A DNA stretch of 28,651 nucleotides from Nitrospirota bacterium (GCA_016235225.1 JACRLS010000128.1:1-28651); one strand, 5' to 3'. Shown: positions 8,941 through 17,322, numbered from the stretch's first letter. Notes: generated by a model not told the origin, from the letters alone. A program made the numbers and translations.

Positions 8941-10358
8941 GCTCGGACCAATTGAGAGGCCTCTGTCCGATCGGAGTTCAGAATGCCTTGCACGAACTCC
9001 ACGCTCCGTCGCAGTGCACCTCGATTTTCCGTCACCACCAGAGAGGCGGCACGGCCCATGGCTTCACGCCGCTTTCCATCGCGTATCAGTTGTTCCGCTT
9101 CTCCGCCGAATTCCCGACCATCACGAATCCGAGCGCCGGCCCCCGCCTCCAAGGGAAGCGAGGCCAGTTCCTCGCAATGGTCCGTGTAGGGGCCGAACAG
9201 CACCGGCTTTCCCCATAAGGCTGGCTCCAGAAGATTGTGTCCACCGACCGGCACGAGGGTCCCCCCCACGAAGGCCACCGTGGCGTGCCGATAGACCGAC
9301 GCGAGTTCCCCTCGCGTATCCAGAATCACGACCCGCCCGGCTCCCGCCGGTGGGAGTGACCTCCCGTCCGTCATCTCGCTCCGTCGCTGGACGGCCAGTC
9401 CGCGCCCCCGCACCACGACATCGAGATCGGAGGCCCGCTCGATATGCCGGGGTGCTATGACCAGCACCGTCTCTGGATGGTGTGCGAGGATGCTCTCGTA
9501 CCCATCCAGAATCTGCTCTTCTTCACCTGGATGAGTGCTCCCTGCCACCAGCACCGGAGTCTGATCGCGGATGTCGAGGCCCGCACGCGTGATATCTTTT
9601 ATAAGGGATGTGCCGCTCCCGACAGTCTGGTCAAACTTGAGGTTACCGACCCGAACAACGCGGGCCGGATCGGCGCCCAACGCGATGATCCGCATGGCGT
9701 CACGTTCGGATTGCATCAGGAACAGGCGGATATGGGAGAGCACCTGGGCCATCAAGGGTCGAATCCGACGATAGCCCTCGAACGACCGTGAGGACAACCG
9801 CCCGTTGATCATGACACAGGGCACGCCGCGGCGATGCAAGGTCCGCAATAGATTCGGCCAGAGTTCGGTTTCCACAAAGACAAACAGCCGCGGATTCAGG
9901 AGGCGGACGACACGCCGGACGACCCAGGGAAAATCGAGCGGGGCATAGCAATGGTCCGCCACGCCCTTCAGTCGCTGTTCGACCGCTTCCCGGCCTGTTT
10001 CGGTCACTGTAGAGACGACCAACCGGTCCTGCGGATACCGCCGTCGCAGCTCTTGCACCAAGGGCACGACGGCAACGGCCTCGCCCAGCGACACCGCATG
10101 GACCCAGATGACCGGTTGATTTGGTTGATCTGGTTTGTCTCGTTTTTCTGGTTTGTGTGGTTCCTTGGTCCGGAGCCAGCCAGATAAACGAGAAAAACCA
10201 CATGAACCAGAAAAACCAGACAAACTGGACGGACCAGATGAACCAGATAACCCGAGTCTTTCGAGCAACCCTCGCCGGCAACGCTTCTTCACCAGCAAGA
10301 TGCCCAGAATAATCGGTGAGGCGATAAGCAGCAGGCCGTTATAGAGGAAGTACCACAT
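8937..10358 (-). CDS. waaA: 3-deoxy-D-manno-octulosonic acid (Kdo) transferase carrying an in-frame repeat insertion
   Basis: WVHAVSLGE, ETELWPN, VGNLKFD, AGSTHPGEE, APRHIER, GGHNLLEPA. Confidence 0.95.
   Translation of the reverse strand: MWYFLYNGLLLIASPIILGILLVKKRCRRGLLERLGLSGSSGPSSLSGFSGSCGFSRLSGWLRTKEPHKPEKRDKPDQPNQPVIWVHAVSLGEAVAVVPLVQELRRRYPQDRLVVSTVTETGREAVEQRLKGVADHCYAPLDFPWVVRRVVRLLNPRLFVFVETELWPNLLRTLHRRGVPCVMINGRLSSRSFEGYRRIRPLMAQVLSHIRLFLMQSERDAMRIIALGADPARVVRVGNLKFDQTVGSGTSLIKDITRAGLDIRDQTPVLVAGSTHPGEEEQILDGYESILAHHPETVLVIAPRHIERASDLDVVVRGRGLAVQRRSEMTDGRSLPPAGAGRVVILDTRGELASVYRHATVAFVGGTLVPVGGHNLLEPALWGKPVLFGPYTDHCEELASLPLEAGAGARIRDGREFGGEAEQLIRDGKRREAMGRAASLVVTENRGALRRSVEFVQGILNSDRTEASQLVRA
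10112..10256. repeat. Inverted nonamer arrays inside waaA (same family as 1998-2127)
   Basis: ccggttgat ttggttgat ctggtttgt ctcgttttt ctggtttgt gtggttcct; then ataaacgag aaaaaccac atgaaccag aaaaaccag acaaactgg acggaccag atgaaccag ataacccga. Confidence 0.9.
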
Positions 10359-10370
10359 GGAGAAAAGTAT

Positions 10371-10456
10371 GATTGAGTGATTCGGGGATTTGGTGATTAT
10401 CCGAACGGAGGAACTTCCGGTTCTGTCACTTCACCACATCATCAGATCGCCAAATC
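10371..10456. repeat. Inverted octamer arrays (same family as 1158-1250)
   Basis: gattgagt gattcggg gatttggt gattat; spacer; accacatc atcagatc gccaaatc. Confidence 0.75.
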
Positions 10457-11115
10457 TTACTTTCTCGCCTGTTCCTCCGCCAGCACCGTTAATCGGTTGA
10501 GGGCGTCCTGAAGTTCCGCGCACTTCGCGTCAAGTTCCTCATCCGTCGCTTCTGAGGCGACCGATATCGGCTGCCCGACCAGGAAGGCGCCCCGGCTGAA
10601 CGGCATCGGCAACTGGAAACGGTCCCAACTGGCGAGGGTTTTTTTTTTGCGTAGGCCACGGCCACCGGAACGATCGGCAGCCCTGTCGCCTTGGCCAGAT
10701 AGACCGCGCCCCGCTGCGCCGTATGGCGAGGCCCTCGTGGCCCGTCTGGCGTGACGATCAGGTCTCGCGCGCTCCGGCCTAATTCAACCAATCGGCGCAA
10801 GGCCACGGCGCCGCCACGGCTGGTCGACCCCCGGACCGCCTCAAGTCCGAACCGCGCGGCAATCCGGGCGATTAACTCGCCATCCCGATGGCGGCTGATC
10901 AGTACAGACGCGCCGGGGCCGTGATAGAACAGCGGCATCATCAACTGCTGGTCATGCCAGAAGGCGACAATCACGGAACGCTGCCCCCTGACCGTCTCAA
11001 AGGCTTCCCCACCCTTTTGAACATCCAGGCGAAGCGTGCGGCCGATCATGCGAATCAGCCAGGCCCCGAAACCGGGAATCAACATCAGCTTCAGCCGATT
11101 GATCATGTCGCGCAT
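10457..11115 (-). CDS. DUF374 / lysophospholipid acyltransferase family protein; needs a -1 shift at an A10 tract for full length
   Basis: Frame 0 has FWH, LISRHRDGELI, VRGSTSRGG, TPDGPRGP. The -1 frame after A10 reads TLASWDRFQLPMPFSRG...EEQARK and stops at 10457. Confidence 0.85.
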
Positions 11116-11124
11116 GGCATCTTT

Positions 11125-11161
11125 CTCAGCACTCAGCACTCAGCACTCAGCACTCAGCACT
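11125..11161. repeat. Perfect heptamer tandem repeat (CTCAGCA)5
   Basis: Five exact copies at 11125-11159; one degenerate inverted unit ttagtgctta at 11171-11180. Confidence 0.95.
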
Positions 11162-11194
11162 GCCAACTACTTAGTGCTTATTCTCACCGCTTCT

Positions 11195-12928
11195 TTAAGG
11201 CGCCACGTCCAGGAATTGAATGGAATGGAGGCGCTTGTACATCCCGCCCCGTTTCAGCAGTTCCTCATGCGAGCCGACCTCCGCAATGCGCCCGTGATCC
11301 ATCACGACGATCCGGTCGGCCTTTTGAATCGTGGAGAGCCGGTGCGCAATGATCAGCGTCGTACGATTCTTCATGACGTTTGAAATCGCCATCTGCACGA
11401 TCCGTTCGGATTCGGAATCCAGCGCGGAAGTGGCTTCGTCTAGAATCAGAATGGGCGGATCGCGAAGAATGGCCCTGGCAATCGCCAACCGCTGACGTTC
11501 GCCGCCGGAGAGCTTCACCCCATCCTCCCCGATCATGGTGTCATAGCCGTTGGGGAGGCGTTGGATGAAGTCATGGGCATAGGCGGCCTTCGCAGCCGTT
11601 TCGACCTCGGCCTCGGTCGCCTCCGGTCTCCCATACGCAATGTTCTTCTTGACCGAGTCATCAAACAGCATCGTATCCTGGGAGACAATCCCGATCTGCG
11701 CCCGGAGCGACCGGAGGGTGCAGCCCTGTATATCCTGGCCGTCGATCAGGACGGCGCCGCCAGTCGGATCGTAGAATCGCGGCACCAAACTCACCAGCGT
11801 GGACTTTCCGCTGCCGCTGCTTCCCACGAGGGCCACGTTCTCTCCTGCGCCCACCGTCAGGGTGACGTTGGCCAGGGCCTCACGATCATGCCCTTCATAC
11901 CGAAAGGTCACGTGCCGGAACTCCAGGCTCTGCCGAATGACAGGAAGATCCTCCCGACCGTGATCCCGGTCCTGCTCATTAGGAAGATCGAGCACCGCAA
12001 AGACCCGCTCGGCCGCGGCCAGCGCCTGTTGGACCGTATGATTGGTGGTCCCGAGACGGCGCAGAGGCGAGTAGGCGAGGAACATGGCGGTCATGAAGGA
12101 GAAGAAGGCTCCGGCGGTCATGGCTCCCGTTATCACGAGATACCCCCCATACCAGATGATCGCCGCGACGCCGAGGACACTGGTCAGTTCCAACTGAGAG
12201 GAGGACACCGAGGACACCTGGATCGCCTTCATACTGAGGCCGAAAAATGAGCGATTGATGCGGCGGAACCGGTCGGCCTCCATCTCTTCACGCCCGAAGG
12301 CCTTCACCACCCTGATGCCGGACAGGGATTCCTGTACGGCCGAGGACATGTCCCCCACCTTCTCCTGTCCCCTGGTCGCCAGCGTCCGCAACCGCTTGCC
12401 GCGCCGAACAATCGTATAGATCGACAAGGGCGCCACGATGATCGACACCGTCGCGAGCTTCCAATTCTGATAGAAGATGACGCCCATCAGGGCCAGGCAT
12501 GTCAGCCCCTGCTGAAACAGCTCGCGCATCACACCGGCGCCGGCGTTGGCCATGAGACTCACATCGTTAAACACGTGGGACATGAGGCGGCCGGACGTGT
12601 TGCTGTCGTGATAGCCCACCGGCATCCGCATGAGTTGCAGAAATAGTTCTTCCCGAATCTCTGTGACGACCTGATTCCCGACGTAGTTGATGAGGTACGC
12701 CTGCCCATAGTTGAAGACGGCCTTCAGCACGGAGACCCCAAGAATCGTCAGGGGGAGCACGAGGAGGAGCGTCTGATCCTTGGCGATAAAAATCCCGTCG
12801 AGCACGGGACGGACCAGCCAGGCGTAGGCGCCGGTCATGGCCGCGACCAATGCGGAACAGCCCAAGGCCGCCCCCAGCCGGACGCGGTACCGGAGCAGAT
12901 AGCGGAGCAATCGCAGAAACAGGGTCAT
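11195..12928 (-). CDS. msbA: Lipid A/core flippase ABC transporter MsbA
   Basis: Transmembrane domain plus GSSGSGKST, LSGGERQR, ILDEATSALD, IAHRLSTI; ATG at 12928 forms an ATGA overlap with the lpxB stop. Confidence 0.9.
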   Translation of the reverse strand: MTLFLRLLRYLLRYRVRLGAALGCSALVAAMTGAYAWLVRPVLDGIFIAKDQTLLLVLPLTILGVSVLKAVFNYGQAYLINYVGNQVVTEIREELFLQLMRMPVGYHDSNTSGRLMSHVFNDVSLMANAGAGVMRELFQQGLTCLALMGVIFYQNWKLATVSIIVAPLSIYTIVRRGKRLRTLATRGQEKVGDMSSAVQESLSGIRVVKAFGREEMEADRFRRINRSFFGLSMKAIQVSSVSSSQLELTSVLGVAAIIWYGGYLVITGAMTAGAFFSFMTAMFLAYSPLRRLGTTNHTVQQALAAAERVFAVLDLPNEQDRDHGREDLPVIRQSLEFRHVTFRYEGHDREALANVTLTVGAGENVALVGSSGSGKSTLVSLVPRFYDPTGGAVLIDGQDIQGCTLRSLRAQIGIVSQDTMLFDDSVKKNIAYGRPEATEAEVETAAKAAYAHDFIQRLPNGYDTMIGEDGVKLSGGERQRLAIARAILRDPPILILDEATSALDSESERIVQMAISNVMKNRTTLIIAHRLSTIQKADRIVVMDHGRIAEVGSHEELLKRGGMYKRLHSIQFLDVAP

Positions 12929-14055
12929 GCGCGGCACTCCGAGAGCACGACTTGGGCTGCCCGCCTTGAGGCACCCGGCGTGCCGAGCGCGTCACGGACC
13001 GCACGCAGTTCGCCTCGCATCCGCTCCCAAGCGGGGCGATCCCGGAGCAGTCGCAGGGCTTCGCTCACCATCCGGTCAACCGTGGCATTCGATTGAATCA
13101 ATTCTGGAATAATCTCACGACCGGCCACAAGATTGGCTAGCCCCGCCCATTGTACCCGAACCAGCCGCTTTGCGATCTGCCACCCCACCCAAGACGTCCG
13201 ATAGGTGATGATCATGGGGGTGCCGACGATCGCGGCCTGCAGAGTGGCGGTCCCGGAGGCCACCAACAGCAAGTCCGAGGCCGCCATCACCTCATTCGCC
13301 TGATCCCGAGCTATGGCGACTGGAAGGCCCGACGCCCGGATGGGACCATTCAACCATGATTCAGAGACGGAACGTGCTTGCGCCAGGACCAGACCCAGAT
13401 TCGGAAATTCCTGCTTGAGCGCCCCGGCCGATTCCAGCAGGAGCGGCAGGAGGCGATGGACCTCCTGCTCACGGCTCCCCGGCAGCAATCCAATGATCGG
13501 CCCGGCCGACGCCAGACCGAGGCGTCGCCGTACCTCCGCCTGGTCATAGCTCGGCGCAACGGCGTCCAACAGCGGGCGCCCGACAAACGTGCATCGGACA
13601 CCGGCGCGCCGGTACAGCTCCGGCTCGAACGGCAGGATCACCGCCACGTGGTCCACGTACTGTTGCATCTGCCGGATGCGGCCGGGACGCCAGGCCCAGA
13701 ACTGCGGCGCGATGTAGTACACGACCCGATGTCCCGCCTGCTTTGCGAAGCGCGCCACCCGGAGGTTGGTCCCCGGATGATCGACGAGCACGACGGCGTC
13801 CCACTTCGTGGCGCGCAGATGCTCGGCCAACCGGCGGAGATTGCCGATCGCCACCATCACCGCTTTGGGACCTGGAACCCCGATCACATCCACCCGTTCG
13901 ATCCCGGGCAGCAACGTGACCGGGACGGCGGCCATGTGAGGACCGCCCACCCCGTGCAGCTCGACGTTCGGATCGGCCTCTCGAAGCGCCTGGGCCAGGT
14001 GGGCCCCATGGAGATCTCCGGACGCCTCTCCTGTGATGATGAAAATCCGGGGCAT
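12925..14055 (-). CDS. lpxB: Lipid-A-disaccharide synthase
   Basis: ITGEASGDLHG, YYIAPQFWAWR, ILPFE, LLPGSR, ASGTATL. Confidence 0.95.
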   Translation of the reverse strand: MPRIFIITGEASGDLHGAHLAQALREADPNVELHGVGGPHMAAVPVTLLPGIERVDVIGVPGPKAVMVAIGNLRRLAEHLRATKWDAVVLVDHPGTNLRVARFAKQAGHRVVYYIAPQFWAWRPGRIRQMQQYVDHVAVILPFEPELYRRAGVRCTFVGRPLLDAVAPSYDQAEVRRRLGLASAGPIIGLLPGSREQEVHRLLPLLLESAGALKQEFPNLGLVLAQARSVSESWLNGPIRASGLPVAIARDQANEVMAASDLLLVASGTATLQAAIVGTPMIITYRTSWVGWQIAKRLVRVQWAGLANLVAGREIIPELIQSNATVDRMVSEALRLLRDRPAWERMRGELRAVRDALGTPGASRRAAQVVLSECRA

Positions 14056-14067
14056 CGGGTGCTGCTA

Positions 14068-14228
14068 AGGTTAAGGCTGAGGTTCAGGTCAAGAAGATGA
14101 GCTCAACACAGGGCGCAGCGCGGAGACTTCTTCGCTCTTCATCACCTCGTCATGCTCCCTGTCGGTCTTCATCTCAACTCAACCTTAGCCTTAACCTTAG
14201 CCTCTCCTTTCGCCTCAGCCTCAACCTG
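14068..14228. repeat. Inverted hexamer arrays (AGGYTN / CTYARC) flanking an ~80-nt insert
   Basis: aggtta aggctg aggttc aggtca (14068-14091); ctcaac cttagc cttaac cttagc ctctcc tttcgc ctcagc ctcaac (14178-14225). Confidence 0.85.
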
Positions 14229-15195
14229 TCTCCGACGAGTTCCGCCGCAGGAATTCGTCGATCGCGTCCAGGATCCGGTGGGCCAAGTCCAAGGCCGCCG
14301 TGCCATCCTCCCCCGACACCACAGGCGGGGCCCCGGTTGACACCGAGCGAAGAAAGGCCTCGAGCTCGAGTTTCAAGGGCTCGCCTTCTCCGCCGGTCAG
14401 AGGTTCCGTCTCAATCCCCGATGCTCCTTCCGTCGGTTGGTGCGCCCGTGAGATTGTGCCTTGACGGGTATGATAATCCATCATGATCGCCGCGTCTCGC
14501 TGGAAGAGGCGAATCGTCCGAGAAGGCGCCTCCGAGACACGGCTGGCCGTGAGATTCGCCACACATCCGCCGGCAAACTGGATCCGGGCTTGGGCGATGT
14601 CATACAAGGGGGTCAAGACCGGAGCGCCGACCGCGCGGATCTCCTCGACCGGTCCCGGCTGGAAGGAGAGGAGGATGTCCAGATCGTGGATCATGAGGTC
14701 GAGGACGACGTTGACATCCGTCCCGCGGACCCCAAACCGGCTCAAGCGATGACATTCGACGTACGCCGGCCGGGACACGAGAGACCGGAGCGCGGCAATG
14801 GCGGGATTGAACCGCTCCACATGACCGACCTGGAGCACGCGCGCCGCGTGACGCGCCAGGCGCACCAAGTCGTGCGCTTCGTGGGGCTCGACCGTGATGG
14901 GTTTCTCCACGAGGACATGGACACCGGCTGCCAGACAAGCTTTCGTGATGACATAGTGATCAGACGTCGGCACGGCCACGCTGACGGCGTCGACCTCTTT
15001 GAGGAGCGCCTGGACATCGGCGAACACCGCCGCCCCATACCGCTCGGCGACGGACTGTGCCTGCTCTGGACGCGTATCCACCACGCCGACCAGCGTGGCT
15101 TGCGGAAGAGCCGCATAGAGGCGCGCGTGGTGCTGGCCGAGATGGCCCACGCCGATGACGCCCACACGGAGCGGACGCGCCGCCTCAGCCCTCAC
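14221..15195 (-). CDS. Gfo/Idh/MocA oxidoreductase, GnnA-like (UDP-GlcNAc 3-dehydrogenase)
   Basis: VIGVGHLG, LVEKP, QVGHVERFNPA, DLMIHDLD; located between lpxI and lpxB. Confidence 0.75.
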   Translation of the reverse strand: MRAEAARPLRVGVIGVGHLGQHHARLYAALPQATLVGVVDTRPEQAQSVAERYGAAVFADVQALLKEVDAVSVAVPTSDHYVITKACLAAGVHVLVEKPITVEPHEAHDLVRLARHAARVLQVGHVERFNPAIAALRSLVSRPAYVECHRLSRFGVRGTDVNVVLDLMIHDLDILLSFQPGPVEEIRAVGAPVLTPLYDIAQARIQFAGGCVANLTASRVSEAPSRTIRLFQRDAAIMMDYHTRQGTISRAHQPTEGASGIETEPLTGGEGEPLKLELEAFLRSVSTGAPPVVSGEDGTAALDLAHRILDAIDEFLRRNSSETG

Positions 15196-16051
15196 GCGTC
15201 ACATCCTCCTCGGTAATCCCGACGACCGTGATGCCCGAGTCGTTCGCTGCGGCGATCATTTCCTGGCGATCAAGGAGCACGCTCCGACCGGCCTCTATCG
15301 CCAAGGTCAGCGCGTTGACCGACTGCATGGTCTTGATCGTCCCCGGCCCGATCGCCGGCAAGTCGAAGCGGAGATCTTGCTGGGGCTTGGAGCGCTTCAC
15401 CACGACGGCGCCGTTGCCCGCCAGCGTCCCCCCTCGCCGGATGGCTTCATCCGTTCCCTCGACGGCTTCGACGGCCACTACAACCCCGGCCTTGGTCACG
15501 ACGCATTGACCGATGTCCATGCGGCCGTTGTCGCGGGCGACCTCCCAGCCCTCACGAATGTCTTCCCATTCGCTGTCGCTCGGCTTCCGCCGCGTGAGCA
15601 CACCCCGCTCCACCAGCACCTCGCCCAGTCCGAAGGTGGATTCGCGGATCAGGATGCCTTCCCGCTCCATCTCGGCGGCGAACTCCCGCAACATCACATC
15701 GTCTTTCCATTCTTTGACTCGACGGGCCATCATGATCGCCCGCATGTCGGGCCGCACGTCGAACAGGCTGACCTTCTTGACGCCGCCCAGCATCACCGCT
15801 TGCCGAACTCCGTCCCCTTTGAGGGCCTTGATGACCTTGTTGAACTGGCCGATCTTGACCCAATGAATCCGATCGACGTGCTGCGCTAACTCCGGGAGGG
15901 TGATTTCGACGTGGGCGACAGCCGTCACCGCGAAGCCCAGACGCCTGGCGTTGTCGGAAAAGATGATGGGGAACCGGCCGTTGCCGGCGATCAGTCCGAT
16001 CCGCTCACCGGGCGCAGGGAGAGGCAGGACTCCTGCGCGATTTTCCGGCAC
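15185..16051 (-). CDS. lpxI: UDP-2,3-diacylglucosamine diphosphatase LpxI
   Basis: GLIAGNGRFP, DIGQCVV, AVEAVEGTD, QDLRFDLPAIG; GTG start at 16051 behind a GAGGAG SD. Confidence 0.9.
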   Translation of the reverse strand: MPENRAGVLPLPAPGERIGLIAGNGRFPIIFSDNARRLGFAVTAVAHVEITLPELAQHVDRIHWVKIGQFNKVIKALKGDGVRQAVMLGGVKKVSLFDVRPDMRAIMMARRVKEWKDDVMLREFAAEMEREGILIRESTFGLGEVLVERGVLTRRKPSDSEWEDIREGWEVARDNGRMDIGQCVVTKAGVVVAVEAVEGTDEAIRRGGTLAGNGAVVVKRSKPQQDLRFDLPAIGPGTIKTMQSVNALTLAIEAGRSVLLDRQEMIAAANDSGITVVGITEEDVTREG

Positions 16052-16055
16052 GCCG

Positions 16056-16862
16056 TTACTCCTCGTCTTCCTGGTCCCGGCCGACCGAGCGACAGACGCC
16101 TCGCTTTGACCCATCCAGAAAGCTCAGAACCTCTAACACGTCGGGCTGATCCTTGAAATCCTCTCGGGCTTGCTTGACCGCCTCCGCTATGCGGAGCCCG
16201 GACCGGAAGAGCAGTTCATACGCGCGTTTCAGTGTGGAAATACGTTCGTTCGAGAAGCCGTGACGGCGGAGGCCGATGGAATTGACTCCGTAGAGCTGGG
16301 CGCGGTAGCCGCCGGCCGACCGCATGAAGGGCGGCACGTCTTTTCCGACGGCCGAACAGCCGCCGATCATGACATAGGCGCCGACACGGACGAATTGGTG
16401 GATCCCGACCAGTCCGCCGATGACCGAGTGGTCGCCGATGGAGATGTGGCCGGCCAGAGTCGCCGCATTGGCCATCACGACATGATTCCCGATCTGACAA
16501 TCATGGGCGACATGCACATAGGCCATCAAGAAATTATGCCGGCCGATCGCGGTGACGCCGCCGCCCTGAACCGTTCCCCGATTCACGGTGACATACTCTC
16601 TGAGGATATTGTGATCGCCGATCACCACCCGGGTGGGCTCTCCCTTATAGTGAAGATGTTGGGGCGCCATTCCAATGGATGCAAACGGAAAGATCTGACA
16701 GTGGGCGCCGATCTCCGTCCACCCTCCGACCGAGACGTGTGAGAGCAGGGTGGTCCCGCGTCCGATCTTCACATGTTCGCCGACGACCGAGTACGGACCG
16801 ACCTCGACATCCTCCCCGAGTCGGGCGTTCGGATGGACGATCGCCGTGGGATGAATCACCAC
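16056..16862 (-). CDS. lpxA: Acyl-ACP--UDP-N-acetylglucosamine acyltransferase
   Basis: IHPTAIV hexapeptide repeats, PQHL, REYVTVNRGT, HVAHDC, VGIHQF. Confidence 0.95.
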   Translation of the reverse strand: MVIHPTAIVHPNARLGEDVEVGPYSVVGEHVKIGRGTTLLSHVSVGGWTEIGAHCQIFPFASIGMAPQHLHYKGEPTRVVIGDHNILREYVTVNRGTVQGGGVTAIGRHNFLMAYVHVAHDCQIGNHVVMANAATLAGHISIGDHSVIGGLVGIHQFVRVGAYVMIGGCSAVGKDVPPFMRSAGGYRAQLYGVNSIGLRRHGFSNERISTLKRAYELLFRSGLRIAEAVKQAREDFKDQPDVLEVLSFLDGSKRGVCRSVGRDQEDEE

Positions 16863-16875
16863 CAGGGGCCTCCCT

Positions 16876-17322
16876 TTACTTGGACTGGTCTATGGTGACA
16901 ATGGCAGTCACCTCTGCTTCGCTCGCCAAGTCAGACCCGACGAAGGCCTTGCCCTGCATTTTCCAATAGGCATCCCGGCGCTTCAGGGCCTCGACCTCGA
17001 ATCGCAACTGGTCGCCCGGCACTACCGGGCGACGAAATTTCGCCTCATTGATGCCCGCGAGAAAGACCACGGCCTTCGAGCCGGGCGGAAGGGATTTGAT
17101 GGCCAGGATGCCACCGACCTGTGCCATCGCCTCGATGATCAACACCCCGGGCATGATGGCGCGACCCGGAAAGTGTCCCTGAAAGAAGGGTTCGTTGATC
17201 GTGACATTTTTCAGACCGATGATCCGTCGTTCAGGCTCGAGTTCGATGATCCGATCGACCAGGAGGAACGGATACCGGTGCGGCAGCAACGACCGGATTT
17301 CTTCGACCTCAATCGGACCCAT
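16876..17322 (-). CDS. fabZ: 3-hydroxyacyl-ACP dehydratase
   Basis: LPHRYPFLLVDR, NEPFFQGHFP, PGVLIIEAMAQ. Confidence 0.97.
   Translation of the reverse strand: MGPIEVEEIRSLLPHRYPFLLVDRIIELEPERRIIGLKNVTINEPFFQGHFPGRAIMPGVLIIEAMAQVGGILAIKSLPPGSKAVVFLAGINEAKFRRPVVPGDQLRFEVEALKRRDAYWKMQGKAFVGSDLASEAEVTAIVTIDQSK

Noticed and set aside
9700-10344. Alternative ORFs with FIWFVWF or NQTNQ low-complexity text
   Set aside because: Other-frame readings of the nonamer array inside waaA; stop-poor by construction.
170-14230. Repeat arrays as CRISPR arrays or integron attC sites
   Set aside because: No identical 23-47 nt repeats with spacers and no cas genes; no RYYYAAC/GTTRRRY cores and no integrase.
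14097-14486. 129-aa plus-strand ORF with LNLSLNLS
   Set aside because: Translation of the hexamer arm plus antisense gnnA-like sequence.
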